DNA of 64,000 nucleotides from Selaginella moellendorffii (lineage: Eukaryota > Plantae > Lycopodiophyta), in contig NW_003314428.1 of the NCBI RefSeq assembly GCF_000143415.4, positions 79,011-143,010 of the forward strand. The letters run 5' to 3'. Under the pieces are notes generated by a model. The model made no database searches and was not told the origin of the DNA. It saw only the letters and a list, made by a program, of their open reading frames with translations. Of the stretch, positions 61,501 through 64,000 are shown one piece after another. The position numbers and the translations under genes were made by a program. Positions within the stretch are counted from its first letter, which is position 1, and each line of letters opens with the position of its first letter.

Positions 61501-64000
61501 TCTTTTTGCCAAGACTAATATGGTTGTCTCTTATGCCAATTATCCATTAGCACTGCACCATAGAGTCCACGCACAACTTTGTGTTAAAGTTGTTTTCTTC
61601 CGGGAAACTCTTTCCCACGACTTTAGCATGGCACATTCTGCCATCAATGAGATACCTACTGTTCTCATACTTGGATCATAAGATCCTCCCCATCCTTCAT
61701 GGGGCACCACACACCTCAGCCTAAATGCTTTTACCAATCCTTTAGGATCATCCCTTGACTCTACTCGAGTCATTTAGCATTTTCAAACTTTGCCAATCCA
61801 ATGACCCATAAGGTCCTATTTTTGAGGTACTAGCACACTGGAATTCAACTTCATGTATTCATGTCCTACTTATAAAGACCGTCTTTGCAAGTGTCACTTT
61901 AACACTTTATTATTTTCTGTTCTCTGTGGGCTACCTTTGCCCCTTAGGACTACCCGTCCATATGATGAGAATGCTGACTCATCCTTTGAGCACACCCCCA
62001 ACTCCTTGGGTTTGTTCCAGCATTTATAAAAGGTAACATTAGCTACCACTTCAAGGGCTCGTATCCTCATCCATACTTGACCTCTCATGGTCATCTATTC
62101 TGATCTCACCTTCATAAGCACCAGCCTCAACTATGTGAGGATAATCTTGTGACTCCTTTATAGTTTTTTCAGTCTTTATCTTCCCCGTGATCCCAACTAT
62201 AATTGTGTACCACAACTACATTAGCTAGTTTGCTGAGTCAATACTCATCTGGATCACCTCCTCAACTTAATGAGGAAAACCTTGCACTGTTCCCAAGATC
62301 CCAAAGTTGTTCCATTATTGGCCCTTTTCTATCCACCACCTTGTCTATAAGTTCACATATGAACTGTAATGGAGAGCCATGTCTTCCCGACTTGCTACTC
62401 CTCAAGGATAGGCCCACTCCTCGGACCTTCCGTTGCCAACACTAGTGGTGATATACTTGAGCACCAATAAAAGTCAGACTAAGGAACAGCTCCGATACCA
62501 AGTTGTAAGTGACTAGTTTTTCCATTCTACTTTAGTCACTTAACCGCACTTCCGACCACTTGGAGGAGTCTCATTCACAACCTCCATATGTCCCATTTAG
62601 AACTTGCGGCTTGCTAGCCCCGCGAATGGCATCCACGCCACTCAACTTTTGCTCTTGGCCCAAGTGTTCCACGTGTTCGATCCCATGACCGACACCCCAA
62701 GGTACCACTGACATACCAGCCCGTTACGCTAGGCCATGCCCATTCACCTTGGTCACATCGGTGGTCCAACACCACCTGCATTACAATCCCGTCTCTCAAA
62801 GACTATGCTATCCATCCATGAGTGGCTATCCCAGATCCACTCCATAGCATCCTTAGGATGCCTGTAGACATGGGGAATAGCCTTCCCCAATGTTTCCTTT
62901 CCGGTCCCCGCCAAGTCCCTTCCTGTCCATGGCCGTGTTCACCAACACTGCTACTGGATCAAGGCCCACAGGCCCGACCACTAAGTCCAACTATCCTCTA
63001 GGACTTCCTTACTATGTGACTGTGTCCCTTGTCACCACACTAGAGGGCTACTCCTCTTCCTTTCCACAGTTTGGGACTTTGGGCCAACATTTTGGAACAC
63101 CGTGGCCTTACGCAAGCCTCATGGGTACTCTCCCCACCTCTCGCTTTTTGGTGCTCTAGCCATGGGCTTAAAGCGAGGTTTCGTTGAGCCACGATAGGTA
63201 TCCAAGTAGGTAGTGCCACCCACACTTGGACTGGGAGCATCGGCCAGTCGATCTCCCGGGGGAACTAGAGCCGGCTCTTGAACACTTCACCAAGCTATCC
63301 TGCTTCTCGGTCCATGTTCACTCTAGTCTTGGACTTCACAGTGGGTAGCTCATCACCCAACACTGGGTCCGGCCTTCCTGGGCCAAACTGGCCTTTCCTG
63401 GCCAAACTGGCCTTTCCTGGCCAAACTGTCTCCACTGCAGTCCTCCCCCTTACTATACTTTTGGAGCTCACCAAATCCCCTAGGGTCTGAGAGACAAACG
63501 CTTTGAGCTTTCACCCTCTCAGACTCGGACTCGGACTCGGACTCGGACTCGGACTCGGACTCGGGCTCGGGCTCGGGCTCGGCCTCAGTCTCGGTCTTGG
63601 TCTCGGTCCCGATCTCGGTCTCGGTCTCGGTCCCGGTCTCAGTCTCAACTTCGGACTCCATCTTGGGTCCATCTCGGACTCCATCTCGGGTCTATCTCAG
63701 ATTCAATCTCGGATCCATCTCGGGTCCACCTCAGACTTCACCTCGGACTCCATCTCGGGGTCCTTCTCGGACTCCACTTCGGACTCCAACTCGGGTCCAT
63801 CTCGGGTCCATCTCGGACACTTCCACGTGTTATGTGTTGGTCCTTTTGGGTTCCTTTTTGGAGCCTCGCTTATTGCTCGCTTCGTGCTCATTCCTCGAGC
63901 ACTTTATTGAGAGTTCCACTCCCACTCTCGACCTTTCCAAGTCGGAGCTTTTAGTCTAAACGTGTTACGCTCGTTTGGCTTTCGCTTCGGCCACTACCAC
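55571..64000 (-). mobile_element. Non-autonomous LTR retroelement, family B copy 2 (continues beyond window)
   Basis: 3' LTR 55571-57257; 5' LTR 62504 to window end. Reverse PBS GCTCCGATACCA 62489-62500. Interior colinear with copy 1, no recognisable gag/pol, with a ~1.6-kb tandem duplication (~57310-58940 / ~58930-60580). Confidence 0.9.

Noticed and set aside
57258-62503. Short ORFs in family B interior as gag/pol
   Set aside because: No zinc knuckle, protease, RT, RNase H or integrase motifs recognised in either copy.

Overview
Repeat-rich eukaryotic DNA that looks like a plant genome: tRNA-Met PBS Gypsy/chromovirus-type LTR elements, Helitron relics, ~50-nt GT-AG introns, TTTAGGG tracts and heavy C->T decay. 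The window is almost all nested transposable elements. These include a non-coding LTR element (family A, 1713-9671), a second non-coding LTR element (family B, 9918-32642) with two solo LTRs and a DNA transposon inside it, TRIM-like elements, three Helitron relics, an IS3/IS481-like transposase relic, Ty3/Gypsy gag-pol and integrase-chromodomain relics, and another family-B element running off the right end. The standout is a 13.4-kb DNA transposon (16824-30230) with 24-bp TIRs and a 4-bp AGGA TSD; the empty site is visible in a paralogous host copy in this window. It carries two divergent genes: a Sola-like/DUF7869-type DDD transposase, and a large spliced cargo gene reading ParB-like fold + degenerate beta-class amino-methyltransferase-like fold + acidic linker + FCP1/NIF HAD phosphatase-like domain. 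About 29 copies of a 22-bp palindrome (ATGGCRTG-N6-CAYGCCAT) are scattered through the element, including inside tiny introns and coding loops, and I did not see the motif elsewhere in the window. This suggests a ParB/parS-like self-recognition system in a eukaryotic transposon. All domain calls are motif recognition by eye and need profile or structure confirmation.
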